From Squalus acanthias (taxonomy: Eukaryota): 64,000 bases of DNA. Below the pieces are notes generated by a model. It ran no database searches. It worked only from the letters and a program-made list of their open reading frames with translations, and was not told where the DNA came from. This document shows, one piece after another, positions 1 to 12,590 of this stretch. The stretch lies in the NCBI GenBank assembly GCA_030390025.1, contig JASTWF010000070.1, positions 62,001 to 126,000 on the forward strand. The letters run 5' to 3'. Position numbers and translations under genes: made by a program. How positions within the stretch are numbered: position 1 is the stretch's first letter; each line of letters begins with the position of its first letter.

Positions 1-1375
1 ACATACAGGTTGGATAAAGGGGAACCAGTGGATGTGGCGTATTTAGACTTCCAAAAGGCATTTGACAAGGTGCCACACAAAAGATTATTGCTTAAGATAA
101 AAAATCACGGGATTGGGGGTAATATTCTGGCATGGATAGAGGATTGGCTATCTAACAGAAGGCAGAGAGTTGGGATAAATGGTTCATTCTCAGACTGGCA
201 ATCAGTAACTAGTGGTATTCCGCAGGGGTCAGTGCTGGGCCCCCAACTCTTTACAATCTATATTAACGATTTGGAGGAGGGGACCGAGTGTAACATATCA
301 AAGTTTGCAGATGATACTAAGATGGGAGGGAAAGTAGTGAGTGAGGAGGCCATAAAAAATCTGCAAGGGGACATAGACAGGCTAAGTAAGTGGGCAGAAA
401 TTTGGCAGATGGAATACAATACTGGAAAGTGTGAGGTTATGCACTTTGGTAGGAAAAATAGTAGAGCAAGTTATTATCTTAATGGCAAGAAACTGGAAAG
501 TACTGAAGTACAAAGGGATCTGGGGGTCCTGGTGCACGAAACTCAAAAGGTTAGTATGCAGGTGCAGCATGTGATTAAGAAGGCCAATGGAATGTTGGCT
601 TTCATTGCTAGGGGGATAGAATATAAAAATAGGGAGGTATTGCTTCAGTTGTACAGGGTATTGGTTAGACCGCACCTGGAATACTGCATACAGTTTTGGT
701 GTCCATACTTAAGAAAAGACATACTTGCTCTCGAATCAGTACAAAGATGGTTCACTCGGTTAATCCCGGGGATGAGGGGATGGACATATGAGGAGAGTTT
801 GGGTAGATTGGGACTCTACTCATTGGAGTTCAGAAGAATGAGAGGCGATCTTATTGAAACATATAAGATTGTGAAGGGGTTGGATCGGGTGGATGCGGGG
901 AGTTTGTTCCCGATGATGGGTGAAACTAGAACTAGGGGGCATAGTCTTAGAATAAGGGGCTGCTCTTTCAAAACTGAGATGAGAAGGAACTACTTCACTC
1001 AGAGGGTGGTAGGTCCATGGAATATGCTGCCACAAAAAGCTGAAGAAGCTACATCATTACATAAATTTAAAACAGAAATAGACAGTTTCCTAGAAGTAAA
1101 GGGAATTAAGGTTTACGGGGAGCGAGCAGGAATTTGGACATGAGTCTGGGTTCGGATCGGTCATGGCCCTGTTGGTGGCGTGGCGGGCCCAGGGGCCGTG
1201 TAGCCTGATCCTGCTCCTATTTCGTGTGTCCAATTCTGTTGGGTTCAGGAGATGGTTCTGTGATAGTAGATTGGCGGTTGGGATCAGATCAGCCATGATC
1301 TTATTGAATGGCGGAGCAGGCTCGAGGGGCCAATTGGCCTACTCCTGCTCCTATTTCCTATGTTCTTATGTTCTT
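1..1375 (+). mobile_element. CR1 LINE, 3' portion (RT domain and 3' UTR)
   Basis: ORF 10..1143 with RT motifs ([30 protein letters not shown]); ends in the (TTCTTATG)n-type CR1 tail. Confidence 0.95.
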
Positions 1376-1377
1376 AA

Positions 1378-1640
1378 TAACACACACACAGACACTCAAT
1401 CACACACACACACACATACACAATCAATCACACCCAGACAAATTCACACACACAGACACTCAATCACGCACAGACAAATACACACACACACAAAATCAAT
1501 CATGCCCAGGCAGAATCACACACACACACTCAATTACACACAGATACACACACACAAATACACTCACACTCACACTCATAGACACACGCACAATCAATCA
1601 TACCCATACAGTAGCACACACACAGGCCATCACACATCAT
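1378..1640. repeat. Degenerate AC-rich microsatellite
   Basis: CACACA/CAATCA runs; a similar tract lies at about 2295-2440. Confidence 0.9.
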
Positions 1641-1644
1641 AAAG

Positions 1645-2290
1645 AAAGAAATACTTTCATTTCTACAGCACCTTTCATGACCTTAGCACCTCCCAAAGCG
1701 CTTTACAGCCAAATAAATACTTTTGAAGTGTAGTCACTGTAGGACACGTGGCAGCCAATCTGCGCACAGCAAGCTCGCTCAAACAGCCATGGGATAATGA
1801 CCAGATCATCTGTTTTTTAGTGATGTTGGTTGAGGGATAAATATAGGCCCAGGACACCAGGGAGAACTCTCTGCTCTTCTTCGAGATAGTGGCGTGAGTT
1901 CTTTTCCGCCCACATTCCGGCCTCAATTGAACATCTCATCTGAAAGACGGCACCTGCGACAGTGCAGCGCTCCCTCAGTACTGCCCTCCAACAGTGCAGC
2001 GCTCCCTCAGTACTGCCCCTCCGACAGTGCGGCGCTCCCTCAGTACTGCCCCTCCGACAGTGCGGCGCTCCCTCAGTACTGCCCCTCCGACAGTGCGGCG
2101 CTCCCTCAGTACTGCCCCTCCGACAGTGCGGCGCTTCCTCAGTACTGCCCCTCCGACAGTGCGGCACTCTCTCAGTTCCACACTGGGAGCATGAACCTAG
2201 ATTTTTTTGCGCAAGTCTCTTGGAGTGGGACTTGAACCCATGACCTACGGACCCAGAGGCGAGAGTGCTACCCAATGAGCCAGGCTGACA
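1645..2290 (-). mobile_element. tRNA-derived Deu-domain SINE (SacSINE1/AmnSINE-like) with about 6 internal 33-bp tandem units
   Basis: tRNA-like head near 2220-2290 (GGGTTCAAGTCCC on minus), Deu-type core, 33-bp unit repeated at 1960-2170. Confidence 0.85.
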
Positions 2291-2508
2291 ATCTCATGCA
2301 CGCACACTCACTTACACGCTCACACTCACAGACACTCACACACTCATGCACTCTCACATGTACACACACAGTCACACGCACACACACCCACTCACAGTTA
2401 CACACTCACACGCACTCTCATACGCACACATACACAATCACATTCTATCCAAACTGTTTCCTTCTTTGCCGACTTACCATAGAAACATATTTTGATTTAA
2501 CTGTGAAA

Positions 2509-5500
2509 CTATCCTGAGTGTCGTCTTATTTCTGAATCTTCATAATAATTACTGTGCTAATATATTAAAAACAGTATCTCCGCCGGATTGGCGGGGTGGG
2601 GGTGTGCGGGGGGCGAGGCGGGGGGGGGGGAGCTGGGGTTTGTGGGGTGAGTGGACATGGACTCAATGTAGAGAAAAAAATAATAGAAAATAACAAAAAG
2701 CTGGAAATCTGAAATAGAAACAGAAACTGCTGAAAATCCGCAGTAAAGTCTGGTGAAGGCATTCTACCCGGAACATTAACCCATCCTTTCTATTATCAGA
2801 TGGGAAGAGGGCTGCGGGATATGTTCTGTTTCCAGTTGGAGCAACCAGTGGGATTCGCTGCAAATTAAGATGATCTGCACAATGACCTGCTCAATGCCAA
2901 CCGCGTGAAATATCCCGCATTTTGCACCCATCCCAGAAATCATCAATTCATGTATATTATTGCAACAGGTTCAATGAACTTACTTACATGTATTGCACCC
3001 TGATGTGTCCGCTTCGCCTCCATTTGACGGGTGTCATCTGTGTATTAACAGTTAAGAATATGAATTTAAATATTATCAATTCTGGCTAATGTATAATTAA
3101 TTATAGAGGCACCATGCGCCAATGGCCCCCTAATATTCCCATGGTCCACCAATATGCCAATGGTCCAGCAATATGCTAATGATACCCCAATATGCCAATG
3201 GTATCCCAATACGCCAATGGATGGACATGGATGATACACCCCCGGTGCCTGGCGTCTATTGTAGATCTGATACATAATTGTCAGCATTAATAACCAATAA
3301 TTAGGCTTTCTGTAGGTCCGGCAGACATGAGCACGATGGCAGGACTTTTGCATGGCGGGAAATGCACTGATTGATCTTTGAAATATCCCACAATTGATGT
3401 TCTATCTGCAGCAACATTTCAGTCCAACTCACCTGAGTGTCGCTCATTTATTCCTGTTCTTAGCGTTCTCTCTCTGAAACTAAAACTGTATGCGAACAAA
3501 AATATGAAACAAGCATTACTTCTTGTAAGTCCTTTGTCACGTGCCATAAATATCGAGAACAGAATTGTGGAATGGACTTTGAATCAATCTTAAAAGAACA
3601 TGGAAAATATTGAAATTGGAGTTGGGGTTGACTGGTTCTGACACAGTATTAATTAGAGTGAGACTGTTACTGAGGAAGTTTGTAAATGGATCAGTTACTC
3701 ACCTTTCCTTGTGGGGTCTTTTGACTCGTTCTTCTGAAACAGTTAACTGTAATTAGTATTGAAATCTTCGAGAAGGGAGTCACATTAAACAAACATTTAT
3801 TAAAATATTCCTGATAAACGTAAATTCTGACCTGATCTGCCGCTTTTACGATTCCAAATGAAAATGAGGATCAATACCAGAACCAGGCTCAACGAGACAG
3901 TTATTGCAACGGGAAGGGTCGGAATGCACCACCCTACAGAGAGAAACACTTAGAAAATGCTGCTGGGTCAACTCATTACTTTCTGGGATTCTCTGATGAG
4001 AAACCTGAACCAGTTACAATGTAGGAGCATCAAAGCCGGTGTGTGAAAGGACAAACCAGCCAATGCGACTAATATTGGCCAAGTGAAAGCTCAAAATGGA
4101 AAAAATTGCACTAGTTTGGTGGTTTTGGTAAATTGACAAACGCTAATCTCAGTATTGCCCCATAATTTTAATAACGCACAATCAAAACATCCTATTTGAA
4201 AACTGAAGCATAGAGTGATTACAGCACAGAAGGAGACCATTCAACCCATCGTGGCTGTGCCGGCTCATTGGTGGAGCTACCCAATTAGTCCCACTCCCCG
4301 TTCTCTTTCCCCATAGCCCTGTTAATGTTACCCCTTCAAGTATTTATTCAATTCTCTTTTGAAGGTTACTATTGAATCTGCTTCCACCGCCCTTTCAGGC
4401 AGCGCGTTCCAGATCCTAACAAATCGCTGCGTAAAAAAATGTCGCCTCATGTCGTCTCTGGTACTTTTGCCAATCACCTTAAATCCGTGTCATCTGGTTA
4501 CCGACCCTTCTGCCAATGGAAAAAGTTTCTCCTTATTTATTCTATCAGAACCATTCATGATTCATGATTGAAAACCTCTATGAAATCTCCTCTTAACCTT
4601 CTCTAATCTAAGGAGAACAATCAATCCCAGCTTCTCCAGTCTCTCCACATAACTGAAGTCCCTCATCCCTGATACGATTCTAGGAAATCTCCTCTCTACC
4701 CTCTCCAAGGAATTGACATCCTTCCTAAAGTGTTTTGGCCAGAATTAGACACTATACTCCAGCTGTGGCCCAACCATTGCTTTATAAATGTTTAGCATAA
4801 CTTCCTTGCTTCTGTACTCTATTCCTCTATTAATAAACCAAGCACCCCATATGTAATTTTAACAGTCTTCTCGACTTCTCCTGCCACCTTCAAAGATTTG
4901 TGCACATACACCCCCCATGTTTTATGAGTGATAAACTGGAACGATTACCCAATTTCAGTGAAGCTTCATAACCCGATTATATGAAATTATATTTCACGGG
5001 GAAAGTGGGGATTGATAAGTGGGGTTCGGGTCTTTAAAACAGGAAACGAGAAAATATACGGGTGGAAATGAGCGAGCGTCTGATCCCAGCAGACGCGTTC
5101 AGCCAACTATTTCACCGCATCTCTTGACTAGTTTCAGGTCAGAAAGTGCGTTCACTCCAATCCATTCCAGGATGCGCTGCCTGAAAGGGCGGTGGAAGCT
5201 GATTCACTAATAACTTTCAAAAGGGAATCGGATAAATACTTGAAGGGGAAAATTTTGCAAGGACTGTGGGGAAAGAGCAGGGGAGAGTGGGATTATTTGG
5301 ATAGCTCTTTCAAAGAACCGGCACAGGCACGATGGGCCGAATGGCCTCCTTCTGTGCTGCATCATTCTATGATTCTAAAATGACCCGCAGAAATATAAAG
5401 TCAGGCAAGAGTGGAGAAAGTATTTACAAGACCTGGGACGGAGGGTGACCGTAGCTTATTTCAATGTGTTTTATAACAAACTGACAACACTATTCTCCTG

Positions 5501-7065
5501 ATATATAGATATTCATGTTCATCCCGTGGTGTTGCTTTATTTACAGACTTCAGGCGCTTAGGAGCGAGTGAACTACTCCAAATGTCGCTAAAGCTGAATA
5601 ATGACCTTCGCTATACAGATCACCGACTCACCTGCCACTGTTTTGGGGCGCGACACGCTCTTGGCCCAAGATTTGTCCTTGGAACCCAGCTCAACAATGC
5701 AGGTGCAGACCCCGCCGCTTCTCCAGGCTTCCCTCGAGACCATCACATGGCTTCTGATGCTGTAGGTCCCGTCCGGGCCCAGTGTACCGGAATCGCTCCG
5801 TCCCTCGGTCAACTGTCCGGTAACGTTCCAGTAAATAGCAATCTGGTTCGAGGAGACGCCAGTGACCAAACACACCAAGGGGACGGTGTCCCTTAAATAC
5901 GGCTCCCCCGGCGGAGCAAACACCAGCACAGCCGTCTTGGGTGTGGAACTGTCTGGACAGGGATTGGGACACAGTTAATTCTTAGTTTACACCGAATGAT
6001 ATTGCTGTGCATGATCTGAATTCAATTTGGTTTTGCTCTTACCTCCAACCAGCAGTGTGGATCCATTCCGGAGCGGTGCATAGCTATCCCTATCAGCACA
6101 GTAATAGGATCCGGTGTCAGCCACCTGCACATTGCGGATTTCCAGGATCAGTATATATTTGGTGTGTCCTTTTTTAGAAGTAAACTTGCAATCGGTCCGA
6201 TTACAGGATGGGATATCGATTAGTCTCGGGGCTTCACCCACACGCTGCTTGTACCAGAAATAGCTATTCACAAATTCCACTTCAGAAATCTCGTGACATT
6301 CCAATTCAACCAACTGGCCGACTCCGGCTGTCACTGTGAAGGGGCTCCGAGACAGGATGGGCTGGGATTCTGCAACTAGAGGGATTATTGTTACATTAGA
6401 ACTGATTATTGAGCGATAGAAAGAAGCCGCGTTGAATCACCTCGCCTGTAATTTAAGAGCAGCATCATTATTGCCTTCAGTTATTGCTTGTTATATCCAT
6501 TCTCTTATTTGCCTTTACTTCGCCTTATAGAAGGACCAGAAAGTAAACCAACATTATCAACAACAACTTTCTTTGATACAGCGCCTTTACCGTAATTAAA
6601 CGACCCAAGGCGCTTTACCGAAATTTGACTCCGAGCCACAAACTGAGATATTAGGACAGGTGACCAAAAGCTTGGTCAAAGAGGTAGGTTTTAAGGAGAG
6701 TCTTAAAGGAGGCGAGAGAGGCGGAGAGGTTTCGGGAAGGAATTCCGGAGCTGAGGGCCGAGGCAGCTGAAGGCACCGCCACCAATGTTGGAGCAATTAA
6801 AATCGGGGGATGCGCAAGAGCGCAGAATTGGAGGAGCGCTGAGATCTCGGAGGGTTGCAGGGCTGGAGGAGGTTACAGAAATAGGGAGGGGGCGAAAATA
6901 TCAGCCGAAAAGCTGTTAGCTCGGTCACATTTTCAACTTAGTAAATACAATCAATTGTTTCCAGTTTTTGGCTGATTCCATTTAGGAGTTTGGAACCGTG
7001 TCTCACTCACCGTAAGAACAGAACACGTGGACAATGAGGATCAGGGAAAAAGCTGCCTTGAACAT
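2509..7065 (-). CDS. Gene 1: non-rearranging VJ-C1-TM-cytoplasmic IgSF receptor (antigen-receptor-like). Exons: leader 7065-7011, VJ 6375-6043, C1 5952-5632, TM 3933-3832, cytoplasmic 3733-3703, 3473-3433, 3037-2988, probable last exon 2556-2509
   Basis: GT-AG introns with matching phases give one open frame: MFKAAFSLILIVHVFCSY/VAESQPILSRSP..LEC..WYKQRVGEAPRL..DTGSYYCADRDSYAPLRNGSTLLVG/DSSTPK..PLVCLV..YWNV..DGTYSIRSH..WRSGGVCTCIV../GWCIPTLPVAITVSLSLVLVLILIFIWNRKSGRS/EERVKRPHKE/RERTLRTGINERHS/DDTRQMEAKRTHQGAIH/HSNYYEDSEIRRHSG*. The last exon is the least certain. Confidence 0.85.
3832..3933 (-). CDS. Gene 1 connecting peptide/transmembrane exon
   Basis: tctctgtag acceptor, gtcaga donor; GWCIP, about 21 hydrophobic residues, then NRKSGR basic stop-transfer. 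Confidence 0.85.
4205..4910 (-). mobile_element. CR1 LINE 3' fragment in gene 1 intron
   Basis: Similar to the RT C-terminus and 3' UTR of other CR1 copies in the window. Confidence 0.85.
5632..5952 (-). CDS. Gene 1 Ig C1-set domain exon
   Basis: LVCLV, C-strand W, DGTYS, W-x-x-G-x-x-CTC; 321 nt, phase 1/1. Confidence 0.9.
6043..6375 (-). CDS. Gene 1 VJ-type Ig V-domain exon
   Basis: B-strand Cys, WYKQ, DTGSYYC, degenerate J motif (LRNGSTLLVG) in the same exon; 333 nt, phase 1/1. Confidence 0.9.
6570..6895 (-). mobile_element. L2 LINE 3' fragment
   Basis: L2-type 3' end shared with copies at 18585, 24780, 45935, 51130. Confidence 0.8.
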
Positions 7066-7287
7066 CTTGAGGCCGGAACCGCGCTCAGTCATTCCCGTGC
7101 TCGCTCTCAACAATCTGCATTCGGAGTGGGCGCCGAGTGACCCGAGCGCATACACAGTTGGTTACACCCCCTTGAGATACGGTGGAAACTATTACGAGCT
7201 TAGCCTTTAGATGCAGTATCTTGTTGGATCCCACGCCTGATGTATTTTACATGTGGGCAGTGTCTGTGCGTCACAGCGGTCAGTCTA

Positions 7288-7295
7288 ATGCAAAT
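7288..7295 (-). promoter_or_regulatory. Ig octamer (ATTTGCAT on the gene 1 strand) about 225 bp upstream of the gene 1 ATG
   Basis: Exact ATGCAAAT on the plus strand. Confidence 0.55.
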
Positions 7296-7489
7296 TGCAG
7301 AGTGGACATAAAGAGCTTTCGATTATAGTTCGGAGAGGGTGACAGAAAGGTTATAGTATGGATGTGCGCATTTGTCATTGTTCTGAATTTTAATTTTGGC
7401 AGTTAAAGTTTAGAATTGTATTTACTTCATTCACGGGATGTGGGCGTCGCTGGCAAAGCCGGCATTTATTGCCCATTCCCAGTTGCCCT

Positions 7490-9583
7490 TGAGAAGGTGG
7501 TGGTGAGCCACCTACTTGAACCGCTGCAGTCCGATTGGTGAAGGTGCTCGCACAGTGCTGTTAGGGAGGGAGTTCCAGGATTTTGACCCAGCGACGATGA
7601 AGGAACGGCCGATATATTTCCAAGTCAGGATGGTTCAAAATCAAGAGGGGTCCAGACAGAGTAGATAGAGAGAAACTGTTCCCATTGGCAGGAGGGCCGA
7701 GAACCAGAGGACACAGATTTAAGGAAATTGGCAGAAGAACCAAGGCGACACGAGGAAAAACTTTTTCACACAGCAATTGTTTAGGATCTGGAATGCACTG
7801 CTTGAATGGATGGTGGAAGCAGACTGAATCGTGGCTTTCAAAAGGGAATTGGATAAGGACCTGTAGGGAAACTAATTCAGGATTACGGGGAAAGGGCGGG
7901 GGAGTGGGACTCGCTGAAGTGCTCTTGCAGAGAGCCGGCACGGGCTCGATGGGCCGAATGGTCTCCTTCTGTGCTGCAAACAATCTATGATTCTGTGATT
8001 CTGTGTGTGAGTCTCGGAGGGGAACTTGGAGGTGGTGCTGTTCCCCTTCACCTGCTGCCCCTATCCTTCTAGGTGGTAGTGGTCACGGAATTGGGAGTTG
8101 AAAGCCAGAAGTTCAGAATGTAATCCAAAACTAGTCACGACACGGAAGCGTTTCCATACACCGAATAATTGAAGGACATTGAACCCTGGCTGGAATCTGT
8201 CAGCAGTATCGTGAATAAGGATGTCTAATGGTCGCTATTGTTATTGGACCGTAAAGGTATTCCAGAAAGAGCTGGCTTGCGATTTCACCGGAAATACTTA
8301 TCAGAGGGAATTCAGCAGTTGCCCTACAGAGCAAATCTCCGAGAATCTGCACTTGGAAAATTCTTAGAGGAATGAAACCGAGGGACGGTGGGTGCAAAGT
8401 TTATAAGAATTTGATATAAACACACTTTTCTTTACCTTTTGATCAAAGTAAGAGCCTTGTTGTTTATTTTTGTTCGTTCGTGGGGTGGGGGAATCGCTGG
8501 CAAGACTGGCATTTATTGCCCACTCTTAATTGTCCTTGAGAAGGTGGTGGTGAGCCACCTACTTGAACCGCTGCAGTCCGATTGGTGAAGGTGCTCGCAC
8601 AGTGCTGTTAGGGAGGGAGTTCCAGGATTTTGACCCAGCGACGATGAAGGAACGGCCGATATATTTCCAAGTCAGGATGGTTCAAAATCAAGAGGGGTCC
8701 AGACAGAGTAGATAGAGAGAAACTGTTCCCATTGGCAGGAGGGCCGAGAACCAGAGGACACAGATTTAAGGAGATTGGCAGAAGAACCAAGGCGACACGC
8801 GGAAAAACTTTTTCACACAGCAATTGTTTAGGATCTGGAATGCACTGCTTGAATGGGTGGTGGAAGCAGACTGAATCGTGGCTTTCAAAAGGGAATTGGA
8901 TAAGGACCTGTAGGGAAACTAATTCAGGATTACGGGGAAAGGGCGGGGGAGTGGGACTCGCTGAAGTGCTCTTGCAGAGAGCCGGCACGGGCTCGATGGG
9001 CCGAATGGTCTCCTTCTGTGCTGCAAACAATCTATGATTCTGTGATTCTGTGTGTGAGTCTCGGAGGGGAACTTGGAGGTGGTGCTATTCCCCTTCACCT
9101 GCTGCCCCTATCCTTCTAGGTGGTAGTGGTCACGGAATTGGGAGGTGAAAGCCAGAAGTTCAGAATGTAATCCAAAACTAGTCACGACACGGAAGCGTTT
9201 CCATACACCGAATAATTGAAGGACATTGAACCCTGGCTGGAATCTGTCAGCAGCATCGTGAATAAGGATGTCTAATGGTCGCTATTGTTATTGGACTGTA
9301 AAGGTATTCCAGAAAGAGCTGGCTTGCGATTTCACCGGAAATACTTATCAGAGGGAATTCAGCAGTTGCCCTACAGAGCAAATCTCCGAGAATCTGCACT
9401 TGGAAAATTCTTAGAGGAATGAAACCGAGGGACGGTGGGTGCAAAGTTTATAAGAATTTGATATAAACACACTTTTCTTTACCTTTTGATCAAAGTAAGA
9501 GCCTTGTTGTTTATTTTTGTTCGTTCGTGGGGTGTGGGAATCGCTGGCAAGACTGGCATTTATTGCCCACTCTTAATTGTCCT
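7490..9583. repeat. Near-identical direct tandem duplication, unit about 1047 bp (LINE fragments plus a unique segment)
   Basis: ORFs 7561..7983 and 8608..9030 are identical, offset 1047; only a few substitutions. Confidence 0.95.
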
Positions 9584-10143
9584 TGAGAAGGTGGTGGTGG
9601 ACTTCCTACTGCAGTCCGTGTGGTGAAGGTGCTCCCACAGCTCTGTTCGGGAGCAAGTTCCAGGATTTTGACCCAGCGACGATGAAGGAACGGCCGACAT
9701 TTGTCCAAGTCAGGTTGGTGTGCGTGACTTGGAGGGGGAACTTGGAGGTGGTGGTGTTCCCATGCGCCTGCTGCCCTTGTCCTTCCAGGTGGTGGAGGTC
9801 GCGGGTTTGGGAGGTGCTGTCGGCGAAGCCTTGGCGAGTTGCTGCAGTGCATCTTGTAGATGGTATACACTGCAGCCACGGTTCGCCGGTGGTGGGGGGA
9901 GTGGATATTTAATAAATTATATTGAGGGCCAGAATAGGATCAATTACTCCTTGGCAAACACTGGGCAATGCAGATAAACAGGACGCGGTGTCACATGGAA
10001 GGGGAGGCTGTAAATGTGGTCAATGTACTCGAGTCTGCTCTCTGTTCAGTTGAATCTACCCTGAGTGACAACTGTCTTCTGTGTGCGGTTGAACATGGTG
10101 CCTCACTGTTTGACCTTTCTGTGTGTGGGCGGCTAATCTGCAG

Positions 10144-10385
10144 AAACAGGAAAACCACAGAGAGCTTCTAGCTCGGCCATTATTTTCCAGCTCAAGTCAG
10201 AATCTCGGCCAGCCGTTTCCGCAACTCGCTGCACTTTGCAAATCTCTTCGCAAGCGGCCCGAGCAGCGTGATCTGTGGTATTCAGAGCAACAGGCGCGGT
10301 CACAGCCAAAGCGCCTCTTCGCTGCCAACGAGCTGCTCCCTCTCTGCTTCAAGCTCAGGCTCGCTCCTTTGTCAGTTGAGGTCAG
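10144..10385 (+). pseudogene. Relic promoter/leader exon homologous to gene 3 (ATG replaced by ACG at 10328)
   Basis: AAACAGGAAAACCACAG..TTTCCAG..TTTCCGCAACTCGCT..caACGAGCTGCTC matches 42991-43200 AAACAGGAAACCCACAG..TTTCCAG..TTTCCGCAATTCGCT..caATGAGCTTCTTC. Confidence 0.6.
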
Positions 10386-11139
10386 GCATTTCCGCATCAC
10401 TGTTCAGAAATTCAGTAAGGTACTAAATGGACTGCTCAATTCAAAACCAGTTTTACCGGAAATTATTTCTAAAATTAAAATTGATGTAACTTTCTCTTAG
10501 CTCCCCGTTTCCATACCGCTTCATTCTTCTGAAAATGGCCACCCTTGACGTAGGTTCCATAGGCGCCTTCCATAGAATTACACAGAATGTGCAGCACAGA
10601 CACAGGCCATTCGGCCGAACTGGTCCATGCCGGTGTTATTGCTCCACACGAGCCTCCTCCGTCTCCTCTTCATCTCACCCCATCAGCCTATCCTTCTATT
10701 CATTTCTCCCTCATGTGTTAATCTAGCTTCCTCTTAAATGCATCTATACTATTCGCCTCAACCACTCCCTGTGGTAGCGAGTTCCACATTCTCACCACTC
10801 TCTGGGTAAAGAAGTTTCTCCTGAATTCCCGATTGGATTTCTTAATTTTAAGTTTGTCATAAAAAATAAGTTTACTGAGTTTCTGATCAGAAATGAGTTA
10901 ATGCTCGGAAATGCTTCGACTTGATCGATAGTGTGGGACTACTGGCATGGGAGGAGGCCCAACTACACCCGCTTTCTTTAATTTTCCTGTTGTAAAACTA
11001 TAACCCCGCTCAGTTTGCTCAAGAGAGCTATTTTCATTTGAATCAGTTTGTATTGTTGAGATCACCAATTGGCTGCAACATCACACTCTGTTTATGAGGC
11101 TTCACAAAGATTGGGTTATTGCAAACTCTTCGAGGTTAG

Positions 11140-11380
11140 ATATAGCGATAGAGATGTAGACAGAGATCATGAAAATAGCGAGATATAGAGATAGAGATAA
11201 ATGGAGATAAAGGCCTGGAGATAGCGATTGAGATTGAGACAGATATAAAGATAGAGATGAAGATGGAGATAGAGATTGAGTTAGAGACAGAGATAGAGAT
11301 GGTGATACATATAGATAAAGTTAGAGATAGAAAGATAAAGATAGATAGATAGGTAAGGAGACAGCTAGATAGAGAGAGAC
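11140..11380. repeat. AGAT/AGAG-rich simple repeat
   Basis: Degenerate (AGAGAT)n. Confidence 0.9.
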
Positions 11381-11699
11381 GTCTAAGTCTGACATGTTAA
11401 TGCTAATTACTTCATTTGTTAATTTTTGAAACACAATTTTGTCAGGGTGTTTACATAAAGCCTAGCAGTTTACGCGTAATATACTGTTGATAGCAACTCT
11501 CCGCTGTAAGTGCATCTCTTGGCTGAATTATATTTGTTGAGTCCTGTCTTTCAACATGTCCCAAACACCAAACATAGCGCAATATATTCCATTATGTGTT
11601 TTTATTCGTCCAATATTAATCGCAATGGCTGGTTTCTCCTTTCACACCCCGGGTTTGATGCTTCCCCATTGTGACTGGGTGAAGGTTCTCATCAGAGAA

Positions 11700-12590
11700 C
11701 CCCAGAAAATAATGGCTTGACCCAGCAGCATTTTCTAAGTGTTTCTCTCTGTAGGGTGGTGCATTCCGACCCTTCCCATTGCAATAACTGTCACGGAGAT
11801 CCTGGTTCGAGTATTGATCCTCATTTCCATTTTGGAATTATAACAGCGGCAGATCAGAAGAGAATTGATGTTGATCGGGACTATTTTAATACATGTTTGT
11901 TTAATGTGATTCCCTTCTCGCAGCTTTCAGTGCGAATTACAGTTAATTGTTTCAGAAGAACGAGTCAAGAGACCCACAAGGAAAAGTAAGTAACTGAATC
12001 ATTTTTCATCAGTAACAGTCACACTGTATTTAGCACTGTGCCAAAACCAGTCAACCCCCAACTCCGATTTCAATGGTATATTTTTTATATTTTCCACGTT
12101 CTTTTAAGATTGATTCAAAGACCATCCCACAATTCTATTCTCAATATTTATGGCACGTGATCAAGGATTTCCCAGAGTTAATGCTTGTTTCATATTTTGT
12201 TCGCGTACAGTTTTAGCTTCAAAGGAATGTTTCGCCCCGTGAACAGAGAGCAGACCGCGATCTACGTCATCTTAATTTCCATCCAATCCCCATTATCGCT
12301 CGGAATGGAAATAGAGCGAATCCATCAACCGCAGTGGTATCTACTGACAGGAATGATCAGTTAATGTTTCGGGCATAATGCCCTCGACAGATACTCATCC
12401 GCAGTGTCATTCCAGCAGTTTAGTTTGTATTTCAGATACCCAGATTTATTATTTCTACAGGGAGTCGAGGTCGCCCCCCACTCCCGCCCCGGTGGGGTGA
12501 CTGATTTTAATACTTTGGACACAGCAATTATTATAGAGATGCAGAAATGCGACGACATTCCTGGATAATTCTGAAGATAACTCAAACTAT
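11700..12590 (+). pseudogene. Inverted, decayed copy of the gene 1 TM and cytoplasmic exons
   Basis: TM exon 11755-11857 (extra base, stop, lost GT donor), cytoplasmic exon 11956-11985, homologue of the last exon near 12520-12565; flanking introns also match 2500-3980. Confidence 0.85.

Noticed and set aside
1163-1733. His/Thr-rich ORFs
   Set aside because: Translations of the AC microsatellite
2663-2859. Alternative last exon for gene 1 (RIPLVAPTGNRTYP..)
   Set aside because: Runs into a Penelope-like remnant and the acceptor is not kept in the paralogue; less likely than 2556-2509 but not excluded
3110-3240. Short CCAATATGCCAATGG repeats resembling CCAAT-box clusters
   Set aside because: Decayed intronic minisatellite with no promoter context
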